Of a DNA stretch of 64,000 nt, positions 54,317-64,000 are shown piece after piece; position 1 is the stretch's first letter, and each line of letters starts with the position of its first letter. This DNA is from Trypanosoma brucei. Lineage: Eukaryota. The notes under the pieces were generated by a model, which was not told the origin of the DNA, did no database searches, and saw nothing but the letters and a program-made list of their open reading frames with translations. A program made the position numbers and the translations under genes. Location of the stretch: assembly GCA_000002445.1 (NCBI GenBank), contig CP000070.1, forward strand, positions 1,984,001 through 2,048,000, written 5' to 3'.

Positions 54317-56749
54317 TCATAAGGATGTCTCGCAACTCTCGGACTGTGTGGCGCGGCTGCGGCGTAGAGGAACAGTCATGCATGCAGGACAATCAGCTAC
54401 GGGAATGAATACCTCCTCTACGGGTGCTGGCAAGCATCTTACTGATGGGACAAACATGCATAGAAGCCGCGCAGCAAATGCCCAGAAAGCGAAGCTCAGT
54501 GAAGTAAATACCGTAACTCTATAGATACGCCTGGCGCGAGCACGCATTCGTGGCTCGCTTGCAGGTGTACGTCCCACCTGTCCTTCATTGACACCGTCTT
54601 TACGCCGCAGACAGAGGTGCGGCACTATTCGACTCAGGGAAACAGGTGGTGAAGAGCACAGTGAATCCTGAAAACCTCCCAGGAACGTATCATCCGATTC
54701 CCTTTCGTGGTGCAGCGTACTCAAACGGGAAGAGCACAATCCAACAATCCGTGGATCTCTGGCTGGCGTATCTGAAAGCTCGGGGCTGTATGAAGTGGCG
54801 CCAAAACTTCCTAACCGACTACTCATTGTTGAAAGCTGCTTTTCTAGCCACTTGTTACGTACAGTTAGCCTCCTTACTTTTGCCAGTAGTTCGGCCTTCG
54901 TCTCCGTACGACCCACGACAGGTCGGTTCTGCACCCTCTTGGCGCATTTAGCAAACTGTAGTGTTGAAAGGGTTTCGGTTGCGTCCTTTAGATCCGGGGA
55001 TATGGTGCAGAGGAGCGCTGTCACGGCATTCCCGCCGATACTTTCCTGCAACAACCGTGTGAGTTTAGAGTCACGATACGGTATGTGCACGGCATCCCCT
55101 CCCTTAGGGTTCGTGGTGAGTTTCCTAATAACATTCCCCAGCAGAGTTAAGGAAAGATTAATGTGTCGTGCCTCTTCTAGTCGCTTTCCGTTAGCCTTCG
55201 TATCGGCTACCCTCTCGGAACCGGCCAAGTCCACCAGAGTCGCTAATGATCGAATTTCTGTTATTACTAATGGCGGCTGCGGTGCTAAACCCAACGCGCC
55301 CTGACCCTTATTCACCACAGGTGCCTCCCGTTGCCGTAATGCAATGTAAAAGAATAGATGAGAGCGCCCACTCCGCTGGTTCACTGCTGTCGAACCGACA
55401 TGACGCTGCACTGCTGCCCATTTGAGAACATGTAGCGCTTCCTCGGCATCACGCACCGGATGCCATGAAAGGCCTTCCACAACAACTCCCACATTTGCAA
55501 CGTCCCGTATTTTCAGTGTGGCACTGGACGCGGTGGATTTGGCGCGACGGGAGGCCGTACCAACTGCGACCCGATTCTGACACACTACCCCTTTTGCATC
55601 GATTGATTGGCCCCCAGCCCCCGTTTCATTGGTTGTGTCGCAGCCCTTTTTGGAAGTTTTGGGTTTCAAAATAAACTGCAATAAATCGTACATGTCTTCC
55701 TTGTAGATTTCCATTGCACTCACTTCCACTGCATAACCCCACTCGCGTGCAGGTTGTGAGGCCTTGCCCCCAGACATTGCTTCCGTTTTTCTCATCTGAC
55801 TTCGCTCCTGCTCTGTGGCCGTGGTTGCCGAGGACGTTTGATGTAAACCCTTGTTTTCCAACCGAGCAAACAACTCCTGCAGCATTCGCGGTAATATCCC
55901 CGCCTCATCCGGGTCAGCCAAGCGCTCAGGCAAGCCACCCGCAGGTCCAAGCATTGTATGAGTTTTACCGCTTCCGCTCTGTCCATAGCAGAGGATAGTT
56001 CCATTGAATCCTTCCAGCACATTCTGCAGAATAGGGCGACCGACGCGGTCCATTATTTCGTTCTGCGTGGTGTCACCTCCGAGTACGGCATCGAAGGCGA
56101 AGAAGCTGCCGCGCTCCTCTATTTCCCGCTGCTGCGAATTGCTGTCGAAGGGACTCCCAGAGGCGAAACCCTGAGCCTTCGGCTGCACACTAAACTCTTT
56201 CGGAGGGGGCACGTATTCAATTAAACCGTCTTCCTTGTGCAGCCGGCAACAGGTTGGTTTTACAGAGCCACGGAGTGCTGGTCGTACACGAACCGAGACG
56301 TTGATAGTTCCGCGCTTCATAGTGAACACCGCTGGGGTGTTTTTCGCGCCAACTAAAAGAGACGCCGCCTCTGTCTTTGGTGTTACCTGCGTATTTAGGC
56401 CGTTAACAGCGGCACCCCCGTACATTGTTTGGTCACTTTTCGTGAAGTCTGTTACTCCTGTTTTATCTGGGAGCTGCTCTACCTCAGGTGCAACGTGTAA
56501 ACTCAAGCGTCCCCCAAGAGAACTCAAATTCGACGGCAGGGAGCAAAAAGCCGGTTTGCTGAGGCGCGGCGTGTAGTTATCAGGTGCTGGTGTCTCTTCA
56601 AGGAATGAGGAGCTTCCAGGGACACTGTGAGGCCGGTGAAGAAAGTGGCTTTTCTCTAGAAGATCTGCACCAACGGAGGGGCAACGCTCTATTGTCCCAA
56701 GGGAGGGTTCTGGCATGGGAATAGTCGAATTTAAATGAATCCCATTCAT
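54317..56749 (-). CDS. Kinesin-like protein (810 aa): ~165-aa N-terminal extension, a central motor domain with loop insertions, and a short coiled-coil tail
   Basis: Motor-domain landmarks are all present. The P-loop is GFNGTILCYGQSGSGKTHTM. The N-4 region is FAFDAVLGGDTTQNEIMDRVGRPILQNVL. SSRSH is present. Switch II is LVDLAGSERVADTKANGKRLEEARHINLSLTLLGNVIRKL. The neck/coiled-coil is KAELLAKVRRLTVRNKWLEKQL. Confidence 0.85.
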   Translation of the reverse strand: MNGIHLNSTIPMPEPSLGTIERCPSVGADLLEKSHFLHRPHSVPGSSSFLEETPAPDNYTPRLSKPAFCSLPSNLSSLGGRLSLHVAPEVEQLPDKTGVTDFTKSDQTMYGGAAVNGLNTQVTPKTEAASLLVGAKNTPAVFTMKRGTINVSVRVRPALRGSVKPTCCRLHKEDGLIEYVPPPKEFSVQPKAQGFASGSPFDSNSQQREIEERGSFFAFDAVLGGDTTQNEIMDRVGRPILQNVLEGFNGTILCYGQSGSGKTHTMLGPAGGLPERLADPDEAGILPRMLQELFARLENKGLHQTSSATTATEQERSQMRKTEAMSGGKASQPAREWGYAVEVSAMEIYKEDMYDLLQFILKPKTSKKGCDTTNETGAGGQSIDAKGVVCQNRVAVGTASRRAKSTASSATLKIRDVANVGVVVEGLSWHPVRDAEEALHVLKWAAVQRHVGSTAVNQRSGRSHLFFYIALRQREAPVVNKGQGALGLAPQPPLVITEIRSLATLVDLAGSERVADTKANGKRLEEARHINLSLTLLGNVIRKLTTNPKGGDAVHIPYRDSKLTRLLQESIGGNAVTALLCTISPDLKDATETLSTLQFAKCAKRVQNRPVVGRTETKAELLAKVRRLTVRNKWLEKQLSTMSSRLGSFGATSYSPELSDTPARDPRIVGLCSSRLSTLHHERESDDTFLGGFQDSLCSSPPVSLSRIVPHLCLRRKDGVNEGQVGRTPASEPRMRARARRIYRVTVFTSLSFAFWAFAARLLCMFVPSVRCLPAPVEEVFIPVADCPACMTVPLRRSRATQSESCETSL

Positions 56750-57820
56750 ATTCTAACGCCGCGTGACGAACCAATGTAATGTTTGAATGTATATAAGTGA
56801 AATATGTTTATTTGTACTTCCCGTTCTAGCAGATGACAAGGACTACCACTACCACTACCGCACTTCACAACTACTAATATTGAAACTATAGTTACCTATG
56901 TCTTAAGACCAGCCGGCCAATGAAAGTTATCGATCTATATATCTATATCTATAGATATACAAAAAGATAGACAAATATAAACAAAAATATATAAATACGT
57001 GAGTTTGCCACCTCCCTATTATTGTTGTCCTTTTTTTTTCTTCTACTTCTCCTACTTGAGCAAATAAAACAATGATCAAGTGAGGAAACACCGGGTTCAG
57101 CGGTGCTCACCCTCCCCTTTACTCTACCACTCGAGGTGTATTAAAAAAAAATTTATACGAAACTCTACGCTTTAAGAACTACTTCCCTATATTTTCCCTC
57201 AACGAATCCCCAAACAGTCAAGGGCCTAATAAAATGCCTATGTGCGTCTCCTTTCCTGTTAAAACAAAAATAAACACGTTTGCCGTCAAGTATCCGAATG
57301 GGTATCACCGAAACGGCCAAACCCTCACGATGCATCAGTGGTGGTGGAGATGTCAACAAAGAGAAAAAGCAGTGGGAACAAACGTAGAAACAAAAAAAGA
57401 GGAGATGGAAGTGAGAGAAGAAGCAACCAAAGAAGCACATGCATATACACGGACACAAGTTCACACATACACGTATATGGGCTGGGGAAAAATTACTGAC
57501 TCCTACGTCGTTAACGCGCGAATAAGATAAGGATTGGATGTATATATTACAACGTTATTGGTAGTTACTACTCTTTTCTTTAAGTATTCCCTCTTCTCTT
57601 CTCTTCCTCCCTTTCCTTTTCTTCTCTTTGCTTCTGCCGCTGATATACACACTAGCGGCAACCATGAATGTCCCAACTCCATTTCATACTTGTGCGTATA
57701 TGACAGGGTTGCGTCTGCTCACCGTGCAATCATAAGCCTATCCATGATCCCCATACTGTTTTTTTTTTAAAAAATGCACACAAGCGCTTTAACGTGATGA
57801 TGAGTACGGATCATAATGCA

Positions 57821-60352
57821 TCAGCAGCCGGAAGTAATCACCTCTGACTTACCCGACTTCCGCATCACACGCACTTGTGTTGGATCAAACCCCCTTTCCT
57901 TCGACTGAAACACGGCCCACGGAGGGGTGGGCGCAGCATATTCCGCTGCAGTGAAGTCCCGCCTGCCGCTACGTGCCAACTCGGAAAACTTGTCGTAGTC
58001 GATCCATGTGTGCCATACGCCATCGATAAAGAAACGCCGTAGAGATATGAGAACGCAACAACTATGCTCGTGCTCGCACGCAATCCGATATGGTCCACAT
58101 AACGAACTCGTTGTCATGCCCCCTTCCACATGCGTCTCCGCACCGCTTTCAGCAGCGGCTACGGCGCCTTGCTGCTCCTCAACAATGTCTCTTCCTAACC
58201 ACATGCGTTTCTCCTTTGGCTCATTTGATGTCGCCAACTGCTGGCACAGCGCCTCACAGAACTCTACCACCTCCGTGTGACGCGGTACATTATCCTTCAT
58301 GGTGAGTGTTGATGTGCTACTCGTTCCGCAGTACGTGACTCCTTTCACTTCAATGAAGTCAGGCCAACCGAGTCGCACCAGATCGGCATAAGCTGACACA
58401 TTCTCCGTATTGTATTTATTCACGAGAGTCAGCCGAAACACCGTACGTTGAGGTTTCCGGCGCAGTTCTCGCACACAGGCGAGGCACCGCTCCCAATAGT
58501 CTTCGAACAGCGGGCGGTCAACGCGCTGAAGTTCCTCTGGCGTTGGTGCATCAATCGACAGATAGAGTTGCGTGACTGGCTTCAAATCCCGCAATTGCTC
58601 GGGGAATTGCGCGTTTGTAACCATGAAGGAAGAAATGTTCTGCTCGTGGAGTAGGTCAACGAAGGTGTTAATCTCCGGGTACATGATGGGCTCTCCAACG
58701 AGTGAGAGGGCGCAGTGCCGAACGTTAAGTGCTTCCTCGAGCCGCTGCGGTGTTACGCCCGGGACACCGCGCATTTGCTTAACCATCCGCCTATGTCCGG
58801 CGAGGCCCCCTTCAATTAACTCACGTGGAGGATCGACCTTCCAGCGAAATGAACGCCCAACCGGATTGGTGTGATGACGCCAGCAAAACACGCATTTGTT
58901 CGCACAGGCTAAACTTGGTGTCATTTCCATACACTGGTAGGATGCAATATTGTAGAAGGTATGTTTGTAACATCCACCACGGCCACGCAGCATGGCTTTG
59001 GTCCAACGGCACAGTTTCACTCCGCTGTGGGAGCCCACAAGGTGGTAGCCTTGCCGCTGTAAATTCTCCCGAAGGCGGGGGTACAAAAGCTCCGGGGGCT
59101 CTCCGTTGGTTGTGGATGAAAAATAATCATCACCCTCACCCACGATATCTTCCACATCTTCTGCATCACCGTCATCGCTATTATTATTATTATCATTTTT
59201 ATCATCATTGTTATCACTGTTTTCACTATCACTGTCACCATCGTCACTCCCGCATCCCTCCGATGGGTCTCCATTTTGACTGTTGTGATTACCACTGCCC
59301 GAGGTCACTGCTTCGTCGTCCTTCACACATTCGCCACCGACGCTTTGTTCCTCCTCCTCATTGTTTTTGTTATTTAAACGGCGGTTCAAACTCTGCGCCC
59401 CGTTCATTGATTTCTTCTTCATAACCGTTACTCCATCCGCAGTGAAAGCGGCCCGTCCAATCCACTTCACTAAAGCAGTGGAGAAGACATGAAAGAGTGT
59501 TGTGGTATTTGACTCACTCGCATAGACGGGTGGGATTACGAACTTTCCGCCGAGGCCTTTACACCATGTATACAAGTCCTTAGCGAAACGATTGAATTTC
59601 TCAGGTCCGTATGCAATGTCACCCAATCCGAATATAGCGAAATTTACTCCTGCAAAGACGTCACGCGGGACGCGGAAGTCCAAGTAGGCATCCTTCAGCA
59701 TGGAGGCGAAGCTGTGCGATGGCTCAGGTGCGGTGCCACCAGTGTATGTACTAACAAAGAAGACAACAAGCCCATAAGCCCCGCTTTCCAGCAGGTGCTC
59801 AGTGCTGCACTCTGTTGCTTCTTCCTTAAGTTGAAGTAGTTTTATTTCAGGTGCTACGCCGGCCTTGGGATCACGGCTACAACAACAAGACACCCCTGAA
59901 GCGGCGTCCAGCACCAAACTACCGCCGCAGGTCCCGTAGGCCGAGCTGTTCTCATGCAAAGCTAAATTTAGCATAGAGATGAGTTTGTTAGATAACTTGT
60001 ACGAGGTATTGGATTGCGTCGCGTATGCAACAAGAATTTTCTTCCTTTTCTGTTGCTTGCCACAGGTTTCTACATTTTCGCTGGTGATGACATCATCATT
60101 AGAGGAGCAGCAACGACAACTGCTGCCCTCACCAGCATCACGGCGATTCGGTATGATGCTTTTCCCATTATGAATTTGTGCGCCCGCAGTTGTTTGCGCC
60201 GCCTCTGGTGGTTGATCCTCAACTGACCGCCTCCGATGCATAAACCACCGAAAAAAAATAATGCCGACAAACGTTAACACCCAACAGCCAACGAGAAGAT
60301 CCCCCGGCGTAACGGATAGCAGCTCCATTGTGATGAGCGTTCGGGCGTACAC
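57821..60352 (-). CDS. TYW1: tRNA wybutosine-synthesizing protein 1 (TYW1): N-terminal membrane anchor, flavodoxin-like domain, acidic insert, radical-SAM domain
   Basis: YHLVGSHSGVKLCRWTKAMLRGRGGCYKHTFYNIASYQCMEMTPSLACANKCVFCWRHHTNPVG is near-identical to human TYW1 (YQLIGSHSGVKLCRWTKSMLRGRGGCYKHTFYGIESHRCMETTPSLACANKCVFCWRHHTNPVG). Also matching are HCALSLVGEPIMYPEIN, FMVTNAQFP, PVTQLYLSIDA, PDFIEVKGVTYCG, ACEHEHS and C-terminal RKSGKSEVITSGC. The flavodoxin segment is KKILVAYATQSNTSYKLSNKL. Confidence 0.9.
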   Translation of the reverse strand: MYARTLITMELLSVTPGDLLVGCWVLTFVGIIFFRWFMHRRRSVEDQPPEAAQTTAGAQIHNGKSIIPNRRDAGEGSSCRCCSSNDDVITSENVETCGKQQKRKKILVAYATQSNTSYKLSNKLISMLNLALHENSSAYGTCGGSLVLDAASGVSCCCSRDPKAGVAPEIKLLQLKEEATECSTEHLLESGAYGLVVFFVSTYTGGTAPEPSHSFASMLKDAYLDFRVPRDVFAGVNFAIFGLGDIAYGPEKFNRFAKDLYTWCKGLGGKFVIPPVYASESNTTTLFHVFSTALVKWIGRAAFTADGVTVMKKKSMNGAQSLNRRLNNKNNEEEEQSVGGECVKDDEAVTSGSGNHNSQNGDPSEGCGSDDGDSDSENSDNNDDKNDNNNNSDDGDAEDVEDIVGEGDDYFSSTTNGEPPELLYPRLRENLQRQGYHLVGSHSGVKLCRWTKAMLRGRGGCYKHTFYNIASYQCMEMTPSLACANKCVFCWRHHTNPVGRSFRWKVDPPRELIEGGLAGHRRMVKQMRGVPGVTPQRLEEALNVRHCALSLVGEPIMYPEINTFVDLLHEQNISSFMVTNAQFPEQLRDLKPVTQLYLSIDAPTPEELQRVDRPLFEDYWERCLACVRELRRKPQRTVFRLTLVNKYNTENVSAYADLVRLGWPDFIEVKGVTYCGTSSTSTLTMKDNVPRHTEVVEFCEALCQQLATSNEPKEKRMWLGRDIVEEQQGAVAAAESGAETHVEGGMTTSSLCGPYRIACEHEHSCCVLISLRRFFIDGVWHTWIDYDKFSELARSGRRDFTAAEYAAPTPPWAVFQSKERGFDPTQVRVMRKSGKSEVITSGC

Positions 60353-61034
60353 GCAGGGGGAAAAACAAGACAGTTACTGTGAGGATCGAGAGAAGATAGT
60401 GCGCTACAGTTTGTCAACCTTTATTAGTCGTACTTAAAGCAAAAAAGAAATGTTGCGTGCTTTATTATTACCACACACTTCGTCTTTCCACTTTAAATCT
60501 GCTTCCTTCACCCTCTCTTACTTCAGGTACCCTTGACCGGAATACACCCACAAGCACACACACAAGCTTTCTCTCACCCTGATTACCTTGTCCCGCCCTT
60601 GACCTTCCGAGAGCAGTTTCCTTCCTTGGCTTTGTTAAGTTTTTTTTTTAAGAAAAAGAAAGGGAGATCGTTGAAGAGAGAAAGAGACTGGAGCTCCGCA
60701 ACACGGCACCAGCAGCTCATTCGTACGGGTATGTGCTGCGCAGTTTTTCGCCGCGTTCTTACGAAATTCGTTTCACCTGACTCCTCCTTCCTTTCCATAT
60801 TCGCGTTTTTCCCTCTTGTGCTTCTTCTTGAAGATCACCCCCGTTTGAATCAAACATTACGAGGCGTGCTGGGGGTTAATTCACCCCTGCCACCACCGAT
60901 AATAACATGGAGAAATCAAACAAACAGAGCACCGATGAAACACAAACAACTGCAGAAAGATTTTCTGCCGTACACTTACAATCAAAGCAAAGAGACCACT
61001 GGTGTTACCGTGGGCGACGGTGGTGGCGTAGGTG

Positions 61035-61985
61035 TTAACGTTGAGCGAGCAGGTCCAGAGCAGATCGTAGCATTTTACATGCCACCTCGTGATCGTAAAA
61101 CTGCAGTGCACTAACCGCTTGCTTCGCGTAGTTTTGCGCCTCAATAATGGCGTCCATAGTTGGTCCTTTTGGGGCTGCGACGCCCGACACAGCGGCTGCA
61201 ATGTTGCTATTGTCATTACTGTTGTTAGGCTGAGCAGTTGTTTGAAACAATGGAGTGGATTGTTGTTGCTGCTGCGTGCTTGAGGTGTTAGTTGATTCGG
61301 GACCACTCCACATGGGTGTCTCTGGAGGTTCATGCGATGGAGGAGGTGGTTGAGGTGTCACATATTGCGCTGACCATTGTCCGTAGCCCGGCTGCTGCGA
61401 CTGCACGAAATTTGTGCTGAAGCCACCACCACCAGTACTCTCTCCTTCATGTTCTTTATTGCTTTCTACCATTCCCCCTGTTCTGTTGGGACTCACATAC
61501 GGCACACCTTTGTCCATCGCCTTCTTCATCTCAACAGCTATGTAGCGTGCATAGTCCCGCTTCTCCGTTGCAATAGGGTCTAAAGTACCGTCGTCTGTGA
61601 ATTGCGCCGTTGCCTCGAAGAGGAGCGAAGCAGTGAAGAAGAGCCGCACAAGGTTCATATTTGCCACGACTCCATCACTTCGCTCCTCATCGTCCGCTCT
61701 CGAAAATATTCTTAGTGCGTACTGTGTGAGCAACACCCGCCCGTCCACATCAGCGAGTTCCTGCTCCAGCCTCTTTTTCTCAGACTCAAGTGTGTCAAGA
61801 AGCTTCACGATAAACGCTTTGCCGGGGCCGTCTTCTTTGCGCCACATCTTCATGGCGAGGTACACAGCATGCGTCCTGAGGAAATACGCGACGACGGGGA
61901 CCCGCTCTTGAAATTCATCAGCTCGCTGCAGGAAAGGGCGAATGGAAGAGGCCCACTCGCGGGGGACTTCATCTGCTAAAGACAT
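61035..61985 (-). CDS. VTA1: Vacuolar protein sorting-associated protein VTA1 (LIP5) homolog, a Vps4/ESCRT-III cofactor
   Basis: N-terminal MIT-like region IRPFLQRADEFQERVPVVAYFLRTHAVYLAMKM...EKKRLEQ...TQYALRIFSRADDEERSDGVVANMNLVRLFFTASLLFE aligns with human VTA1 (LKPIQHILRTAQEHDKRDPVVAYYCRLYAMQTGMKI...ENYALKMFLYADNEDRAGRFHKNMIKSFYTASLLIDV). The C-terminal VSL domain AIIEAQNYAKQAVSALQFYDHEVACKMLRSALDLL aligns with IAKAQKYCKYAGSALQYEDVSTAVQNLQKALKLL. A Gln/Pro-rich linker separates the two. Confidence 0.8.
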   Translation of the reverse strand: MSLADEVPREWASSIRPFLQRADEFQERVPVVAYFLRTHAVYLAMKMWRKEDGPGKAFIVKLLDTLESEKKRLEQELADVDGRVLLTQYALRIFSRADDEERSDGVVANMNLVRLFFTASLLFEATAQFTDDGTLDPIATEKRDYARYIAVEMKKAMDKGVPYVSPNRTGGMVESNKEHEGESTGGGGFSTNFVQSQQPGYGQWSAQYVTPQPPPPSHEPPETPMWSGPESTNTSSTQQQQQSTPLFQTTAQPNNSNDNSNIAAAVSGVAAPKGPTMDAIIEAQNYAKQAVSALQFYDHEVACKMLRSALDLLAQR

Positions 61986-62402
61986 TCACTAAAGAGGCTA
62001 AGAGGACTTTAAAAAAAAAAAATGATAATGAAAATAATAACAATAATAATAAAGGATGGAGACTCATCGCAGCGCACAGGGGTGAGATGGGGACATGCTC
62101 ATGATGAAACAACACCGCGTGGCCGCTGCTCCTTTGAGCTTAGTAGTGAAGTACCTAGGCAAAGCAATAAAATACGCTCCGTTTCAACAAGGGGATAAAA
62201 GATTCTATGGTGGGGTGGTTGTTGGAAGGCACAAGTAAAACAGGGCATGCACATGAACATTAGTGCATATACCCCAGAAATGTGCGTTTCCACGCTCCCA
62301 CCCCTGTTGCGTCTATTCTACTCCTTTTCAGGCCTCAATCTACACCTGTAAATATCTATTTGTGTCGCTAAGCAGCCGTGGCTGTTGCCTTCTCGCGCTT
62401 TA

Positions 62403-63995
62403 TCATATGCTGTGCACAATCCTCCCTCTTGATGGACGACCCTCCAACAGCCTCCGTTCTTTTTCTGCCCGCATTTGCCGAATCAACTCCCTTTCCACTT
62501 TGATCCGCTGCAGCTGCTCCATTTCCCGCTCACCTCGAAGTATCGCGCTTCGCAGCCGCGCTAACCGCTTTTTCAGTGCATAACAACGTGCCTCGCCACC
62601 GTCCTCGCGCCGCCACAACCGCTCGTCGTTTACGGGGTAGCTCTGCAAAAGCAATTGCTCCTGCCCTTTCAGCAGTTGTAGGCGTCGCTCTGGGTCTAAT
62701 GTCCGGTTTGTTAAAATATCGCGCTCCTCCCATTCGTCCATTAAACCCGCCGAATCAGTGCGGTCGTCCCTCCACGCGGGTGGTTTGAGGTGGACACCGC
62801 TGTTGCTGCGGGAATATCTGACCGCATTTCCTTTCTTATAGTCGCTGCTGCCACCATCCCACGGTCCGCAGTGAGTTCCATCACCATTGTAAGTTTCAGT
62901 ATGATCTACATAATGATGGCCTATTTGCGCCTCACATGGTGTGCCTATGAAAGTAGGCGCTGACCTGCTGGTGCGGACAGATGACATTTTTTTTCTTATG
63001 GTGGCTTCGTCGGCATGTGGGGATGATGTGGGTCGGGCGCTACTTCCCCAATCACCTTCAATACTCATCGCTTCCATGAGAGGATTGTAGTGGTGGTAGT
63101 AGTAGTCGCTTTGGCCCCCATTCTCTGAAGAAACATCACCACCGCAGTCGCTAGTGCCATCATCAACGATTTCCACGTCTATGGTGTCTTCAATGGGCAA
63201 GTCATGAATAATATTTGGCGTAATCGAGTTATCAACAGAAGGCCTGGCGGTGTCCGCACACACGTGAGAGTGTTCTGACATGACGTCCCTGCTTTCGCTT
63301 TGTTGCCGTGACGGCTGTAGATCCCTTTCAGCAGAGAAATCACCTAATATACCCTCCTTCTCCTCATTGCTCAAGCCTGCACACTGCTCCGTGCGACCGC
63401 ATGCACTGCTTCCTTTCTCTCTCGTTAACTCTTTCTCATTTCTATCCGTGTCACCATTCATTTTGACGCCCACGAATTTGTTCATTTCGCAAAGAGTAAA
63501 TGCAAGCACGGGCGTTGTGGCCTCCGCGATGCACAGCGACAAGTGTTGAACCAACACATGTTCCTTTTCGAGTGGTGTCCCTGGGGGAAGTGCGACATCG
63601 CGGTTATTACTACAACAAGCACTGCCATCATTGCTGCCAATGTTGTGGACATGTTCCTCGCATTCCACTTTCTCCTTGCCCTCCTCCCCATTCTCCACTA
63701 CCGCGTCGTGGATGCCGAGCAATTCAGAGAGCAGTGGCTGCATTGTGCGATGGAGAAAAAGAAAATCTGCCAGCGTTTCTTCATCTGGGCTCGACTCAAA
63801 CCTATCGAAAGCCTTGTGGAGCTTTTGGAATATCTCCCGCACTTTACCCTGCAGATGAGCAAAATACATCACCCAGAGCCGCCGCATGTCTTCACAAAAG
63901 CGTGTGGCCGCGTCCGCCGCAACGATGGCGAGTGCCTCCGTTAGTTTCGCTTCCAACTCCCTTTGGGCGCTGGATGGCAGGGGTTTCTGTAACAC
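62403..63995 (-). CDS. Hypothetical protein (at least 530 aa); C-terminal coiled coil; possibly 5'-truncated by the window edge
   Basis: Long ORF on the polycistron strand. The first ATG is only 5 nt from the window end, so the true start may lie outside the window. The C-terminal 100 aa (RLQLLKGQEQLLLQ...RLARLRSAILRGEREMEQLQRIKVERELIRQMRAEKERRLLE) are heptad-like. Confidence 0.5.
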   Translation of the reverse strand: MLQKPLPSSAQRELEAKLTEALAIVAADAATRFCEDMRRLWVMYFAHLQGKVREIFQKLHKAFDRFESSPDEETLADFLFLHRTMQPLLSELLGIHDAVVENGEEGKEKVECEEHVHNIGSNDGSACCSNNRDVALPPGTPLEKEHVLVQHLSLCIAEATTPVLAFTLCEMNKFVGVKMNGDTDRNEKELTREKGSSACGRTEQCAGLSNEEKEGILGDFSAERDLQPSRQQSESRDVMSEHSHVCADTARPSVDNSITPNIIHDLPIEDTIDVEIVDDGTSDCGGDVSSENGGQSDYYYHHYNPLMEAMSIEGDWGSSARPTSSPHADEATIRKKMSSVRTSRSAPTFIGTPCEAQIGHHYVDHTETYNGDGTHCGPWDGGSSDYKKGNAVRYSRSNSGVHLKPPAWRDDRTDSAGLMDEWEERDILTNRTLDPERRLQLLKGQEQLLLQSYPVNDERLWRREDGGEARCYALKKRLARLRSAILRGEREMEQLQRIKVERELIRQMRAEKERRLLEGRPSRGRIVHSI

Positions 63996-64000
63996 CTTTG

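Noticed and set aside
1-64000. Spliced-leader RNA gene, rRNA, snRNA, CRISPR array, transposon or retroelement (ingi/RIME, SLACS, VIPER, L1Tc), or VSG/ESAG expression-site features
   Set aside because: I looked for the SL exon core (CTATTATTAGAACAGTTTCTGTACTATATTG), poly-A-tailed retroelement ends, long terminal or inverted repeats, and 70-bp repeats. None was seen. The LRR gene is ESAG8-like in repeat type only. It sits in a housekeeping context and is not in an expression site.

Overview
This window reads as a chromosome-internal segment of a kinetoplastid genome, most likely a Trypanosoma species. Every convincing gene (19 in total) lies on the minus strand, with no strand switch, and none has an obvious intron. 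Intergenic spacers are 0.4-3.2 kb, very AT-rich, and packed with (TA)n, (CA)n, (CAA)n, (AAT)n, poly-A and poly-T runs. Purine-rich stretches on the displayed strand are pyrimidine-rich on the coding strand upstream of each gene. This is the arrangement expected of one unidirectional polycistronic transcription unit processed by trans-splicing and polyadenylation, and it covers the whole 64 kb. About 57% of the window is coding. Seven genes can be assigned to a family directly from their translated sequence: an SF3b subunit-3 (SF3B3/SAP130) homolog of the U2 snRNP; 5'-methylthioadenosine phosphorylase (MTAP); an SFT2-family vesicle protein; a MAM33/p32 'mitochondrial glycoprotein' family member; a kinesin; the wybutosine synthesis enzyme TYW1 (flavodoxin plus radical-SAM domains); and the ESCRT-III/Vps4 cofactor VTA1. 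A further four are recognisable by motif: a UBC6/UBE2J-type ubiquitin E2, cut off at the left edge; a C2HC zinc-finger protein; a MYND zinc-finger protein; and a cysteine-containing leucine-rich-repeat protein (ESAG8/LRRP-like). The remaining genes are lineage-specific hypothetical proteins, several large, low-complexity or coiled-coil. I found no tRNA, rRNA, spliced-leader RNA, snRNA, CRISPR array, transposable element or prokaryote-type defence or operon structure. I see no convincing evidence of an undescribed biological 'system' here. The points worth a second look are these. There is a short interstitial telomere-type (TTAGGG)3 block. There is a roughly 93-nt degenerate tandem repeat inside a 1596-aa Ser/Thr/Gln-rich gene. 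There are unusually long SSR-laden intergenic spacers that could hide small RNAs. There is a small candidate mitochondrial membrane protein gene inside the longest such spacer. Several conserved enzymes carry lineage-specific low-complexity insertions. Several ORF-track start codons are artefacts of (TA)n repeats and should be moved to internal ATGs.
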